A DNA stretch of 64,000 nucleotides from an uncultured Thermococci archaeon (GTDB lineage: Archaea; Methanobacteriota_B; Thermococci; Methanofastidiosales; B48-G16). The notes under the pieces are model-generated. The model did no database searches. It was not told the origin of the DNA and saw nothing but the letters and a program-made list of their open reading frames with translations. The stretch lies in contig CAZQQT010000007.1 in NCBI GenBank assembly GCA_964595645.1, positions 64,001-128,000 of the forward strand. Direction: 5' to 3'. Each line of letters opens with the position of its first letter. The first letter of the stretch is position 1. The translations under genes and the position numbers were made by a program. Below are positions 1 to 10,002 of the stretch, in pieces.

Positions 1-969
1 AGAGCCCCAACGGGAAAGAATTATAACAAAAAGAATAAAAAGAAAGTATTTACTATCTTCTAACCACGCAAAAGCGCCTGTACTTACAGATATCATCGTT
101 CCTATTATGCTTAAATACACAATATTTTGTGTCTTGCCATCCATATAATTACTAAATACATACCCACCAAAAAGTGAACTAGGAATACCAGCCAGAGCAA
201 ATACCATGGATCCTAACCCAACCATTATTGGGCTGAGCATACACCCCTCTTCCAGCCATGGCGTAAGCCATGTCATAGTTCCTCCAATTTGAAATAATGC
301 GATAAACAATATCGCGGATAGTAATAGAATGGAAGGAGTTAGTACAATGTCTTTTTTGTTCATGACCGAAAAACCGGCAATATAGTTTTCTTCTCGAGAA
401 TTGTTACTAAAAATATAAAAAAGAGTTAGTACTATAAATCCTAAAATAGCATAGAGTCTAAGCAGGGATCTCCATGGATATATCCCAATGAGAATTGGTG
501 TAATTAACAGTACGATCCCAGATCCAAGAGTTAACGACGCCAATTGCATACTTACACCTAATGATTCTTTTTTTGAAGGGAGCCAAGAGAGTATATACAC
601 GATACAAGGGGATGTCATTGAGGCTGCGCTGATCCCGATCACGGCCCTCGTAGCTAACATGATATTAAAGTTAGAAGTATATGTAAAAATAAAAGAGGAT
701 ATACAGGCAATCAGCAACCCCCCTGTCATGACTTTTTTGGATCCAACCATATCACTTAATATGCCTGTAAACACGTTGCTGACACAATAAAAAGCTGTAT
801 AAACCGTCATCAATAAACCTGCTTGGAAATGATTTATACCGGTATCTCTAATTAATGACAGTATTATTGGAGGTATCGAAAAAATATTTATATAAAGAAC
901 TATTACAGATACGCAAGTAATAGATACTGTAATCCATGGGGACTGAGACTGAAATTTTCTTGATATCAT
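1..969 (-). CDS. MFS transporter (runs off the window start)
   Basis: Manual minus-strand translation from ATG at 969: MISRKFQSQSPWITVSITCVSVIVLYINIFSIPPIILSLIRDTGINHFQAGLLMTVYTAFYCVSNVFTGILSDMVGSKKVM. Contains MFS motif A (GxLSDxxGxK) and several TM helices. Not in the ORF track because the stop lies outside the window. Confidence 0.85.
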   Translation of the reverse strand, partial: MISRKFQSQSPWITVSITCVSVIVLYINIFSIPPIILSLIRDTGINHFQAGLLMTVYTAFYCVSNVFTGILSDMVGSKKVMTGGLLIACISSFIFTYTSNFNIMLATRAVIGISAASMTSPCIVYILSWLPSKKESLGVSMQLASLTLGSGIVLLITPILIGIYPWRSLLRLYAILGFIVLTLFYIFSNNSREENYIAGFSVMNKKDIVLTPSILLLSAILFIALFQIGGTMTWLTPWLEEGCMLSPIMVGLGSMVFALAGIPSSLFGGYVFSNYMDGKTQNIVYLSIIGTMISVSTGAFAWLEDSKYFLFILFVIILSRWGS

Positions 970-989
970 ATATTCGTGAGGATGGAACG

Positions 990-2864
990 TTATCTGTTAG
1001 GACTCTTTCCCACCAATTGCTTAGCTATATCGTTTAATCCAAGATTATCCAATGTTTGTTTTGTAGGTAATCCTCCCGTGTCCCATCCATGAAGAGCGTA
1101 ATATCGATCCAACATCTTATCCCACTCGTCTAGATCAATACTATATTTTCCATCTAAGGATGTACTTACAAACCTTTCTGGAGGGAGATCTTCTTCTCTG
1201 CCCCAATCTGTATGCAAGACGTTAAACGCCTTCTCAACATTTTGGGTTCTCTCGCCTATACGCAAGACATCATGCCAATCAATAGATTTTCCAGTAGCAG
1301 TAGAAAACAAAAGAGCGTAATCCTCTGGAACTAACATGTCCACTCTCAAACTGTTGGTAAACATACATATTCCTACACAGTCCAGAAACGCTTCTAACCG
1401 CTCGAAGAAATATACCATTCTTTCTTTATTTTTGTATTGGCTTATTCCCCCTACCGAAGGAACACCAAAGTACCGTTTGCATATCTCACCATCAAGGTCA
1501 ACTAACCTATTTTCAATTACCGCCCCCCTCGTATGCCCACCTCCTCTTGGGGATACCATGGTACCAAGGGCCCATGAAGGAGATTGCCATAGACACTCAA
1601 AGAGCTCTTGTCCTTTGACATGGATGCAGTACTTTTCTGTTCCTCTTTTGATTTTTGCTGAGGCTCTCTTGCATCCTTCTGCCAAGAGATCACCAAACCC
1701 CTCTCTAAAAGCAATTTTTCTTAAGAGCTCGAAAACAGCCTCAGAGTTCCCCCACTTCAAAGTCAGTCCGTCTGTATCATCTTTTGTCAATAACTCCTTT
1801 TCGTAGCATTCCATTGCCCAGGCTATAACACCGCTAGCATTGTCAACATCAAGACCGAGATCATTGCAAAGTGCATGAGCTTTGAGAACTGTTTTAGCAT
1901 CGGCTAAATCCAATTTGGCACCAAAATTATGGGGATCATTTCCCTGTAAAGCTTCTATATGAACTAATTTACCATCCTCTTTAAACTCATGAATTGTCCA
2001 GCATTTTATCGGACAAGAGGAACAACTCTTTTGATCTACCTTATACTTCAAGAAAACATCCGGCATTAACTGTTCTTTGTTTTCAGGAGGTGGAATTTCA
2101 CCAGAAAAATTTCTATAAGGACTTTCAATATTCCAGGGGGGGTAACAAAAAACGCCATATCTCATTCTCAGCTTGTTGAACTTGTTATTTCTCAACTTCT
2201 CCTTTAGAGTTTCAGCAACTTTCTGAAATTTCTCAGGATCATAGATGTCTATACTCTTGTTACCCTTTACAGCTACAGCCTTAAGGTTTTTTGATCCCAT
2301 TATTGCTCCCAATCCGCATCTTCCAGCTGCCCGTGCTCCATCAATAATGACACAGGAAGATCTCACGAGATTTTCTCCTGCAGGACCTATAGATAAAACT
2401 TTAACATCTTTGTGCCTTTCTTTGAGGATTTTATCTGTTTCGGTGGTAGTCTTTCCTTCAAGATCGTTAGCGTCGATTATTTCAACATCCTCATTGTCGA
2501 TTAATATATACGAAAGATCTGGACATCTACCCCTTACGATTATGTTATTTACTCCTGCAAAGCGCATCTCTGAGGCAAAGTGTCCTCCGGCATTGCTTGA
2601 GCCTATTCCCCCTGTAAGAGTATTCTTAGAGTCTATACTAAGCCGAGATGCACCTGGCGCTTCCGTCCCACAAAGTATACCTGCTCCCAAAGCAAGGATA
2701 TTTTCGGGATCAAAAGGAGAGATACCTACGGGCAACTCATGGAAGAGAATATATTGATTGACACCCCTACCACCAATAAATTCTCTATATTTAGAGAAAT
2801 CTTCGTAAGAAACTTTAAAATTTGACAAGTCAATGTGCAGGATTTTACCCTCTAGGATTTTCAT
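990..2864 (-). CDS. Aldehyde:ferredoxin oxidoreductase family (tungsten WOR) protein, divergent
   Basis: FIGGRG, SIGPAGENLV, GRCGLGAIMGSKNLKAV, CxxCxxxC, DLGLD, YYALHGWD motifs. Start placed at MKILEGK (GGTG SD upstream); the ORF track starts at 2894. Confidence 0.92.
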   Translation of the reverse strand: MKILEGKILHIDLSNFKVSYEDFSKYREFIGGRGVNQYILFHELPVGISPFDPENILALGAGILCGTEAPGASRLSIDSKNTLTGGIGSSNAGGHFASEMRFAGVNNIIVRGRCPDLSYILIDNEDVEIIDANDLEGKTTTETDKILKERHKDVKVLSIGPAGENLVRSSCVIIDGARAAGRCGLGAIMGSKNLKAVAVKGNKSIDIYDPEKFQKVAETLKEKLRNNKFNKLRMRYGVFCYPPWNIESPYRNFSGEIPPPENKEQLMPDVFLKYKVDQKSCSSCPIKCWTIHEFKEDGKLVHIEALQGNDPHNFGAKLDLADAKTVLKAHALCNDLGLDVDNASGVIAWAMECYEKELLTKDDTDGLTLKWGNSEAVFELLRKIAFREGFGDLLAEGCKRASAKIKRGTEKYCIHVKGQELFECLWQSPSWALGTMVSPRGGGHTRGAVIENRLVDLDGEICKRYFGVPSVGGISQYKNKERMVYFFERLEAFLDCVGICMFTNSLRVDMLVPEDYALLFSTATGKSIDWHDVLRIGERTQNVEKAFNVLHTDWGREEDLPPERFVSTSLDGKYSIDLDEWDKMLDRYYALHGWDTGGLPTKQTLDNLGLNDIAKQLVGKSPNR

Positions 2865-2880
2865 TTTGGACACCAATACA

Positions 2881-3636
2881 CTATTTATTTTCAATGTCTA
2901 TATCAGGAAATATAGTCTTTTTTAACTTTTTATAATCTGTTTTTGGAAACGAAACACGACTTTGTTTTAATCCAAGCGAAACAAATAGCTCAGCGACCTT
3001 TATTGATACTCTTGCAGGATTAATTATTGGAATATCCACCCCATTTTTGACCATATCGTCAATCGGTAGAAAGGCCAGTGACATACACCCTAACACAATG
3101 CTTGAAGCTTTATTATTTTCTACAATCTTTTTTGCTTCTTCTAAAAATACTTCGGCGACCTTTTTTTTGCTTTTATTAATTTCTAGAACTGGAACATTAA
3201 TTACCTCTATAGAAGCACATTTATGATCCATATCATATTCCCTTAGAATCCTCCAAGTACTTGGAACTATTGAATCGAGCACTGTAACTATAGAGAATTT
3301 CTCCCCCACCATTGACGCAACAGAGATAGACGACTCAAGTGGTCCAATTATGGGGATATTAGCAAATTCTTTGGCTGGAGTTAGTCCAGCATCTGCTGCA
3401 CAGCCGATAATTGCTACGTCGTATTTGTTTTGAACTTCAGCAAGTTTCTTTAATGTACCTCCAATGCTTATGTACTCTTCAACTGAAGATTCAATAGACG
3501 CCGGCCCTTCATCGATATCTTCTACAATTACCTTGTTTTTATCACTTATAAGAAATGAGTTTGCGAGCTTTTCTCTCCTTTTTTTTTCTTCTTCCGCTAA
3601 CCCTACAGCTGGAAGTATGTACAAAACTCTTGCCAT
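2881..3636 (-). CDS. Asp/Glu/hydantoin racemase family protein
   Basis: GPASIES, IIGCAADAG and IVLGCMS (two catalytic Cys), IPIINP; hydantoin/allantoin racemase-like. Confidence 0.88.
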   Translation of the reverse strand: MARVLYILPAVGLAEEEKKRREKLANSFLISDKNKVIVEDIDEGPASIESSVEEYISIGGTLKKLAEVQNKYDVAIIGCAADAGLTPAKEFANIPIIGPLESSISVASMVGEKFSIVTVLDSIVPSTWRILREYDMDHKCASIEVINVPVLEINKSKKKVAEVFLEEAKKIVENNKASSIVLGCMSLAFLPIDDMVKNGVDIPIINPARVSIKVAELFVSLGLKQSRVSFPKTDYKKLKKTIFPDIDIENK

Positions 3637-3683
3637 ACTATCTCAAGTCCCTATTCATTATTAATTCTTTCTCTGATTTCTTC

Positions 3684-4886
3684 CTACTTCCACACTTTTT
3701 TAAGCACCCTCAATGTGTTTCCTCCGATCACTTTCTCAATCTCTTCATCTGAGTAGCCGTGCTTTACCAGCCATCTAATAATATTCCACGAAGCTTCTGT
3801 GGGATTTTCCAGTCCTTTAACATACTCTACCTCTTCATGTGTGCTGAATGCCTGTTTTATTGACAAATATGCTGCAAACACATGGTGCAACTCTACATGA
3901 TCTCCATACAATGTATCTGGACCGAATCCAACATGATCAATCCCCACAAGATCTTTGATATATTCGAAGTGTTCCATAAAAGATTCTATACCGTGTTCTG
4001 GATGCTTTTTAGTAATTGTGGTGTGTGGAGCAGCTTCGACTCCTATAACACCGCCTTTTTCTGTACAGGCTTGGAATATCTCATCAGGTTTGAGTCGTTT
4101 AACATCCCATAACTCTCTTGAACCTGTGTGAGTGATAAATATTGGCTCTTTACTAGCTTCAATTGCATCCAAGGATGTGTCATCACCACAATGCGACACA
4201 TCAATCGCCATCCCTATTTTATTCATTCTCTCTACTGCATCATGTCCAAAGTACGTCAATCCGCCATCCTTTTTTTCTTTCAGTCCTGAGCCAAGAGCAT
4301 TTGACTCACTATAAACAAGACCCATCATTCTCACGCCAAAACCGTAGAGTATATCAATTCTGTCCACTTCATTTTCTATCATGGCGCTACCCTCTAAGGT
4401 AGGCACAAGTGCGATTCTCCCCTCATCATGTGCCCTTACGATATCGTCCACGCTTTCGCATCGTATCACAAAGTCCTGATGTGCCAAATCACAGATTCGC
4501 ATTCCCAGGTCATGCAATACATCGTTCCACTTCCATCCTCCCTTAGAATGTATGGTACAGGTCCCATCCATTAGGTTGTCGAAGACAGCGTCCAAACAAG
4601 AATGACTTAGTTCTTCGTATGCGGCAAAATGTCGCCCCTCCCTGTTGTACTCAAACATCTTGCTCATGTCCTCTAACCACAGCACAGGATGGTCATGGAG
4701 AGAGATGACAATGTACTTCTCAGCTATTTCTTTTACTGTTTCCTCCTCGCTATCCGATAATGGAACTTCGTATCGCCACTCTTTTTTTTCTTTCGCCAGC
4801 TCAAATCCCTTGTAGTCCTTTCCTTCTTCCAGATACTGATAGGCTTTATACCCAGAATATTTTTTATTTATCCCCATATTTTCCAT
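3684..4886 (-). CDS. Membrane dipeptidase family (peptidase M19)
   Basis: SLHDH, LEG, GVRMMGLVY, MAIDVSH, ITHTG, GIDHVGFGPD, IGGNTLRV motifs. Confidence 0.9.
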   Translation of the reverse strand: MENMGINKKYSGYKAYQYLEEGKDYKGFELAKEKKEWRYEVPLSDSEEETVKEIAEKYIVISLHDHPVLWLEDMSKMFEYNREGRHFAAYEELSHSCLDAVFDNLMDGTCTIHSKGGWKWNDVLHDLGMRICDLAHQDFVIRCESVDDIVRAHDEGRIALVPTLEGSAMIENEVDRIDILYGFGVRMMGLVYSESNALGSGLKEKKDGGLTYFGHDAVERMNKIGMAIDVSHCGDDTSLDAIEASKEPIFITHTGSRELWDVKRLKPDEIFQACTEKGGVIGVEAAPHTTITKKHPEHGIESFMEHFEYIKDLVGIDHVGFGPDTLYGDHVELHHVFAAYLSIKQAFSTHEEVEYVKGLENPTEASWNIIRWLVKHGYSDEEIEKVIGGNTLRVLKKVWK

Positions 4887-4889
4887 CTC

Positions 4890-5870
4890 CTAACTCAATA
4901 CAACTTCAATTCTTTCTTTTTCGAGAAATTTTGTTCCAAATTCCTCTGAAAGTTCTTTTATTTCGCAAACTACATTTTTTAAATCTCTTTCTTTGGGCAA
5001 AGTCGGTTCAAATACCCCTTTATCGGATTTAGTAATGTAGATAGGATGAGCATACACTTTCTCTAAACCATTCTTAGAAAGTATTGTCTCAATAATTAGA
5101 GTATTCTGAGGATATGAAAACATTGTATCGAACAGAATATTGCCCAAACTATAACATACTAATTTTCCCTTATAGATCTCAATTCCTTGCAGACAATGCG
5201 GATGATGGCCCAGTACTACATCAGCTCCTGCTTTGATCGTATCATGAGCCAGTGCTTTCTGGTGGGGTGCTACCGTTCTACTCAGATCAACTCCCCAATG
5301 AAATGAAACAACCACCACATCCGCCTTTTCCTTAGTATTTTTTACATCTTCTTTCATTATCTGTAGATCCCCTTTGTCTATATGCGGCGTCTCTAGTAAA
5401 GGAGAAACATTGATTTTTGCTACTCCGGGTATTCTTTCTTTTGCCTCTGCACCGAAAGACCAAATGGTGCATTCATAAGCCAAAAAAGCTATTTTTAATC
5501 CTTCTTTTTTTATTATTTTAGGTTCGTGGGACTCTTTAAAATTACGACCCCCACCTACATGCTGTATTTGTTTTTCTTCCAGTATGTTCATAGTGTCTAT
5601 CAAGCCTTCGGGACCATAATCTGTGGTGTGGTTATTTGCAAGAGATACAATATCCATTCCTGCTTCTACTACACCTTCCACCATAGAGGGAGGAGTTTTA
5701 ATGGGTACCAATCTCCCTAAAGAAGCAGAGTCTCTAGTAGTTAGTGGTGTTTCTAGATTACCAAATACCACATCTGCCTCTTCTAGTAGCGGTGTGATCT
5801 TGCTAAACGCCGCTTTGGGATCATCTCTCTTCAGATACACATCTCCTATCGACATTAAGGAAACATTCAT
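4890..5870 (-). CDS. CapA / PGA_cap family metallophosphoesterase-fold protein
   Basis: GD, FGNLETPL, SLANNHTTDYG, SFHWG, GHHPH, YSLGN motifs; no signal anchor. Confidence 0.9.
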   Translation of the reverse strand: MNVSLMSIGDVYLKRDDPKAAFSKITPLLEEADVVFGNLETPLTTRDSASLGRLVPIKTPPSMVEGVVEAGMDIVSLANNHTTDYGPEGLIDTMNILEEKQIQHVGGGRNFKESHEPKIIKKEGLKIAFLAYECTIWSFGAEAKERIPGVAKINVSPLLETPHIDKGDLQIMKEDVKNTKEKADVVVVSFHWGVDLSRTVAPHQKALAHDTIKAGADVVLGHHPHCLQGIEIYKGKLVCYSLGNILFDTMFSYPQNTLIIETILSKNGLEKVYAHPIYITKSDKGVFEPTLPKERDLKNVVCEIKELSEEFGTKFLEKERIEVVLS

Positions 5871-5879
5871 TTTTTCACC

Positions 5880-6704
5880 TTACAAAAACTCCAAAACTCG
5901 CTTAATTACATCGCCAGTAAATGTCCAGTGAGCTACCTTTTGTCCCCAGTTCCCGTATATTATGGATGTGAGGATAATACATACCAAAATAAATATGTAT
6001 ATGTAGTCCAACATACCGAATTTCCATGTCTTTCGAGAAACTCTCTTGAAGCCGCTTCTAAATCCTCTTGACTCCATAGAAGCTGCCATTAGTTCCGAGT
6101 GCCGCATGGATGACTTTATGGCGGGTATTAACAACGGGATCCAAGCTTTTCCCTTTTTTATGGGATTTCGAGTTTTAATTGCCCATCCTCTAGCTTGTTG
6201 TGCATCCCGTATGTCTCTCAATTCATCAATGAATACCGGTATATAGGAGAGACCTATACCTAAGGCAAGTACCAGAGAGTCAGGAAGTTTTATTTTATGG
6301 AGAGCATCTACCAACTCTGATACTGGAATCACCTCTGTCAAACATGCCATCATCAATAGGATGGTAAGAAACCTAAGTACGAGTTGCAGGCTAAAGGTGA
6401 TCCCATCTAACGTAACCAAAAGATAGTTGCTAAAAAGGTAGAACTGGTATTCCTCGTTGAAAAGCGGGTGGGAATGGGGGTAATATAGGAGGTTTGCTAT
6501 AAACAAAAAGGCCACTAACAAACCTACCGTAAAGGTGAGTGGCCCCAATACCTTCTTTAAGCTAACATTTCTTAAATAAATCACTGAAGCTAGTGGAGTC
6601 ACCATCAGGAGCAGGACCCACAAGACATCATAAACCATAATTCCGGCGAAAAAAACAACGACATATAGAAAGATTAACGTTCTGGGATCAAATTTAGCTT
6701 TCAT
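5880..6704 (-). CDS. ecfT: ECF transporter transmembrane T component
   Basis: DPRT N-terminus, AQQARG and MESRGF X-Arg-X motifs, TM helices. Confidence 0.9.
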   Translation of the reverse strand: MKAKFDPRTLIFLYVVVFFAGIMVYDVLWVLLLMVTPLASVIYLRNVSLKKVLGPLTFTVGLLVAFLFIANLLYYPHSHPLFNEEYQFYLFSNYLLVTLDGITFSLQLVLRFLTILLMMACLTEVIPVSELVDALHKIKLPDSLVLALGIGLSYIPVFIDELRDIRDAQQARGWAIKTRNPIKKGKAWIPLLIPAIKSSMRHSELMAASMESRGFRSGFKRVSRKTWKFGMLDYIYIFILVCIILTSIIYGNWGQKVAHWTFTGDVIKRVLEFL

Positions 6705-8434
6705 TGTTTATCACCGCCCAATACTGTTTTAATATAATCAGCCATTTCCTCCACCCTCAACACGTTCTTGGGCAACCATTGATCCAATTTTTGACCCAAT
6801 GTAGTCACTGGAGGTGGATGAAGGTTAGTACTTTTTAATGTATCTCCGTGTGAAAATACCTCTCTGGTACGCCCATCTAGTAATATTTCTCCTTCTTTCA
6901 TAACAATTAGTCTATCGACCCATTTCGCACACAGTTGCATATCATGTGTTATCACGATACAAGTAATGCCTCTATTGTTGTATTCTTTTACAAGTTTCAT
7001 TATCTCATCGCCACGGAGGTAATCCTGGCCCGTTGTCGGCTCATCAACTATTAATACTTCCGGCTCCATGGCTATCACTGAGGCAACGGCTACACGGGTT
7101 CTCTCTCCTAAGCTTAAGCTGAACGGATCCACATCTAAAAAATCAGAAATCTCCATCCGATTGGCAGCCATTTCTACTACCCTTTTAACTTCTTCTTCGG
7201 AGTGTCCTACATTTTCAGGCCCAAATGCTAACTCCTCTCTTACTTTATCTTTGAATATCTGATCGTCTGGATTTTGGAAACAGTAGCCAACAGTAGTGGC
7301 CATCTCATCCGCCCTAAAATTTTTAGTATCTTGTCCCTTCACATAAACCGTACCTTTAGTAGGATATAGCAGGGCATTGAAATGTTTTACCAAGGTTGTT
7401 TTGCCTGAACCATTTTGGCCTACAATACCCACAAACTCTCCTTTTTTTACTGTTAAAGAGCAATTTCTCAGGGCTTCGGTACCATCTGGATATGTGTGGC
7501 TGATATTTTCAGCTTTTATCACCGTTTTTGTGGAAGGAGGTTCTTTTTTATCTTCTATAGGTTTTACTTTCACGTCTCGTTCTTTTAATAGCGGCTGTAG
7601 ATACGTAACCATTTCATCTACGGTGATGGGAACTTCATTGAATTCGATTAAATCTTTGAGCTCTTCCCACAACAACACCATCTGGGGGACTCTCACGCCA
7701 ATTTTGGTAAGCTCTTTTGTGTTTCGTAAGATTTTTTGAGGTGGTCCGTTAAAAACAATTTTTCCTTCATCCATCACAACCATCCTATTGACAAGAGGCG
7801 CTAATGTATCAATCTTGTGCTCTACAAGAACGACTGTCATATCCTGGGCAGATTTTAACGTTCTTATCACAACATCAAAAACTCTAGAACTCCCAATTGG
7901 ATCAATATTGGAAGTGGGCTCATCCAAGATCATTATGTTTTGTTTAGATGCTAAAAGAGCAGCAATGACGCATAATTGTTGCTCTCCTCCAGATAGGGTA
8001 TGAGGATTCTTGTCTCTGTATTTAATTAGTCTTACCTCTCTCATTTGCTTTTCCACTTCTCTATTTGTTATCTCCGGAGGGGTACCGAAGTTTTCAAGGC
8101 TAAAGGCAATTTCATCTTCGACTGTAGGACAAATCAACTGACTCGCTGCGTCCTGACCAATATAGCCAATAATCGGTGACAGTTCACCCATGGTAGAAAA
8201 ATCCTCAATAGTAGACTTGCCATCGACGAAAACATTACCTGTGTATTTCCCCTCAAAAAAGTGGGGGACGGCACCGTTTATCAGTCTGCATAATGTTGTT
8301 TTCCCTGCACCGGCCGGTCCTGTAACTAACAGAACGTCTCCTTCATTTAGCTGCAAGGTAACATCATCTATAGCTATCCTTTCCCCTTCACCATAACTAA
8401 AACTAACATTGCTTATCTGGATTCTTTGCTTCAT
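6701..8434 (-). CDS. ECF transporter fused double ATPase (A-A')
   Basis: Two ABC domains: GPAGAGKTT/LSGGEQQ/ILDEP and GQNGSGKTT/LSLGE/IVDEPTTGQD. Confidence 0.92.
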   Translation of the reverse strand: MKQRIQISNVSFSYGEGERIAIDDVTLQLNEGDVLLVTGPAGAGKTTLCRLINGAVPHFFEGKYTGNVFVDGKSTIEDFSTMGELSPIIGYIGQDAASQLICPTVEDEIAFSLENFGTPPEITNREVEKQMREVRLIKYRDKNPHTLSGGEQQLCVIAALLASKQNIMILDEPTSNIDPIGSSRVFDVVIRTLKSAQDMTVVLVEHKIDTLAPLVNRMVVMDEGKIVFNGPPQKILRNTKELTKIGVRVPQMVLLWEELKDLIEFNEVPITVDEMVTYLQPLLKERDVKVKPIEDKKEPPSTKTVIKAENISHTYPDGTEALRNCSLTVKKGEFVGIVGQNGSGKTTLVKHFNALLYPTKGTVYVKGQDTKNFRADEMATTVGYCFQNPDDQIFKDKVREELAFGPENVGHSEEEVKRVVEMAANRMEISDFLDVDPFSLSLGERTRVAVASVIAMEPEVLIVDEPTTGQDYLRGDEIMKLVKEYNNRGITCIVITHDMQLCAKWVDRLIVMKEGEILLDGRTREVFSHGDTLKSTNLHPPPVTTLGQKLDQWLPKNVLRVEEMADYIKTVLGGDKQ

Positions 8435-8478
8435 TTGCTGCTCCTCCTAAAAAATAATTATTTTCTATTTCTAATTCG

Positions 8479-8685
8479 CTATTCCTTCTTGTGTACTTTG
8501 TTTAGAACATAGGCCACAACACAAATCAATGCGATAGTCAGCACCGCACCTAACCATTTATATTGTTCCAGCAACGTGCTCTGAAGTTCACCAGATGCAA
8601 CATATCCTTCCAAAAGCCAGTACACTGCTCCAATGATAGCCACTATTACCAACAAGAGTACAGCGTATGTTGTATTCTTTTCCAT
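8479..8685 (-). CDS. Small two-TM membrane protein within the ECF operon
   Basis: MEKNTTYAVLLLVIVAIIGAVYW...WLGAVLTIALICVVAYVL; GGAGGGAG SD before ATG at 8685. Confidence 0.7.
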   Translation of the reverse strand: MEKNTTYAVLLLVIVAIIGAVYWLLEGYVASGELQSTLLEQYKWLGAVLTIALICVVAYVLNKVHKKE

Positions 8686-8687
8686 AC

Positions 8688-9332
8688 TTATCTCCCTCCA
8701 GGCCATCTCCAGTTTGGTTCTGGTGTTTTGCCACCAGGCGAGATTGCTCTAACCAAGACCACCACGAGAGTAGCTTGGACGCCTATCCATATTAAACAAG
8801 CTCCACTTGTCCAAGCGAAGACGTACGTGGGCCAAAAGGGCCAGTATCCCATAACATTCGCAGCCATATACATTAGCACAGTGAGGAAAATGGCAAAGAA
8901 AATACTGTACACTACGTAAATCACTGGGATCTTTACCTTCCAAGAAGCTTTCCATAGTTTCAAATCTTTCCATATGAAAGCCATTATTGGCGCTGCAATA
9001 CCGTTACCAAGCCAGACCATAGGAGGGAAAGGCGTAGGGAGGCCCCCCATGATCGATATTATGAACGAAACTATGGGCCCATATGCAAATGCAGTGAAAA
9101 CATAGATAGCTTCTCTGATATCAATGACAAATCCAGGAACTGGCATCGGAATGACAAGCCCTAATGCTCTCCACGCAAAACACAATCCTCCAAGCGTTGC
9201 AGCAATGGCAATTTGCCGTGTTGTCAAAAGGGGTCTCTTCTTCGTTGAATTTTTGTTTTTATCTACCGCTGCCCCTATGGCGGCTCCAACTACTCCACCT
9301 AGGAGCAACCCGACTAACGTTTTTTTACTCAT
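8688..9332 (-). CDS. ECF transporter substrate-specific S component
   Basis: TTRQIAIAATLGGL (typical S-component first helix), about six hydrophobic segments, adjacent to the A-A' and T genes. Start placed at MSKK (GGTGA SD). Confidence 0.75.
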   Translation of the reverse strand: MSKKTLVGLLLGGVVGAAIGAAVDKNKNSTKKRPLLTTRQIAIAATLGGLCFAWRALGLVIPMPVPGFVIDIREAIYVFTAFAYGPIVSFIISIMGGLPTPFPPMVWLGNGIAAPIMAFIWKDLKLWKASWKVKIPVIYVVYSIFFAIFLTVLMYMAANVMGYWPFWPTYVFAWTSGACLIWIGVQATLVVVLVRAISPGGKTPEPNWRWPGGR

Positions 9333-9399
9333 ATATTTCACCGGCATAAATCGTGAGGCTAATATTTTTAAACCTTTGTTGACATAGCATGTTTACAAG

Positions 9400-9966
9400 A
9401 TGATAAAAATGAGAAAAAAATTTAACATTTGTAACACAACACTCTATAAAGGTGAAGAATTTATTAATGAATTACTAAAAAATCCTAAACAAACGTTTTC
9501 CAAGTTGGCGGAGAAATTTGATACATATAGGCAGAATATATGGCGAAAAATAAAGAGGTTAGAGAAAGAAAAAGTAATCTGGGGATACACTACAGTAATA
9601 GATGATGAAAAAATAGGGTGGAAAACTTTTGTAATTCTAATGAAAGTAAAGCCATTCACCGAAGAAGTAGCAACACTTCAGATAAAGAGGCAAAAAGAGA
9701 AAATACCAGAAAGGGATGGTGTCAGAATTATAGAGTGTCTTTACGTGAATGGTCCTTACCAGTGCATAAATATTTTTGCTGCAAAGGATCTGGTTACTGC
9801 GCAGAGGTACTATGACACTCTACGTGGCATATATGCAGATGCCCTAGAAGAAAAGCCAACACTTATGGATGTAACGTTTGCATCAATAAAACACGGGAAG
9901 ATAAATCCTGAAATAGAGAAACTCAAAAAATTTGTTCCAATAGAAGACCAAGAATCTGAAAAATAA
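9400..9966 (+). CDS. Lrp/AsnC family transcriptional regulator
   Basis: N-terminal HTH (FSKLAEKFDTYRQNIWRKIKRLEKEKVIWGYTTVID) and a RAM-like C-terminal domain (VNGPYQ); divergent from the ECF operon. Confidence 0.85.
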   Translation: MIKMRKKFNICNTTLYKGEEFINELLKNPKQTFSKLAEKFDTYRQNIWRKIKRLEKEKVIWGYTTVIDDEKIGWKTFVILMKVKPFTEEVATLQIKRQKEKIPERDGVRIIECLYVNGPYQCINIFAAKDLVTAQRYYDTLRGIYADALEEKPTLMDVTFASIKHGKINPEIEKLKKFVPIEDQESEK

Positions 9967-9983
9967 AAGAACTATAGAACTTC

Positions 9984-10002
9984 ACTCCTTTCTGAAAGGA
10001 GT
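9984..10002. repeat. Perfect inverted repeat ACTCCTTTC-T-GAAAGGAGT
   Basis: Read directly; lies 18 nt after the Lrp stop codon. Confidence 0.7.
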
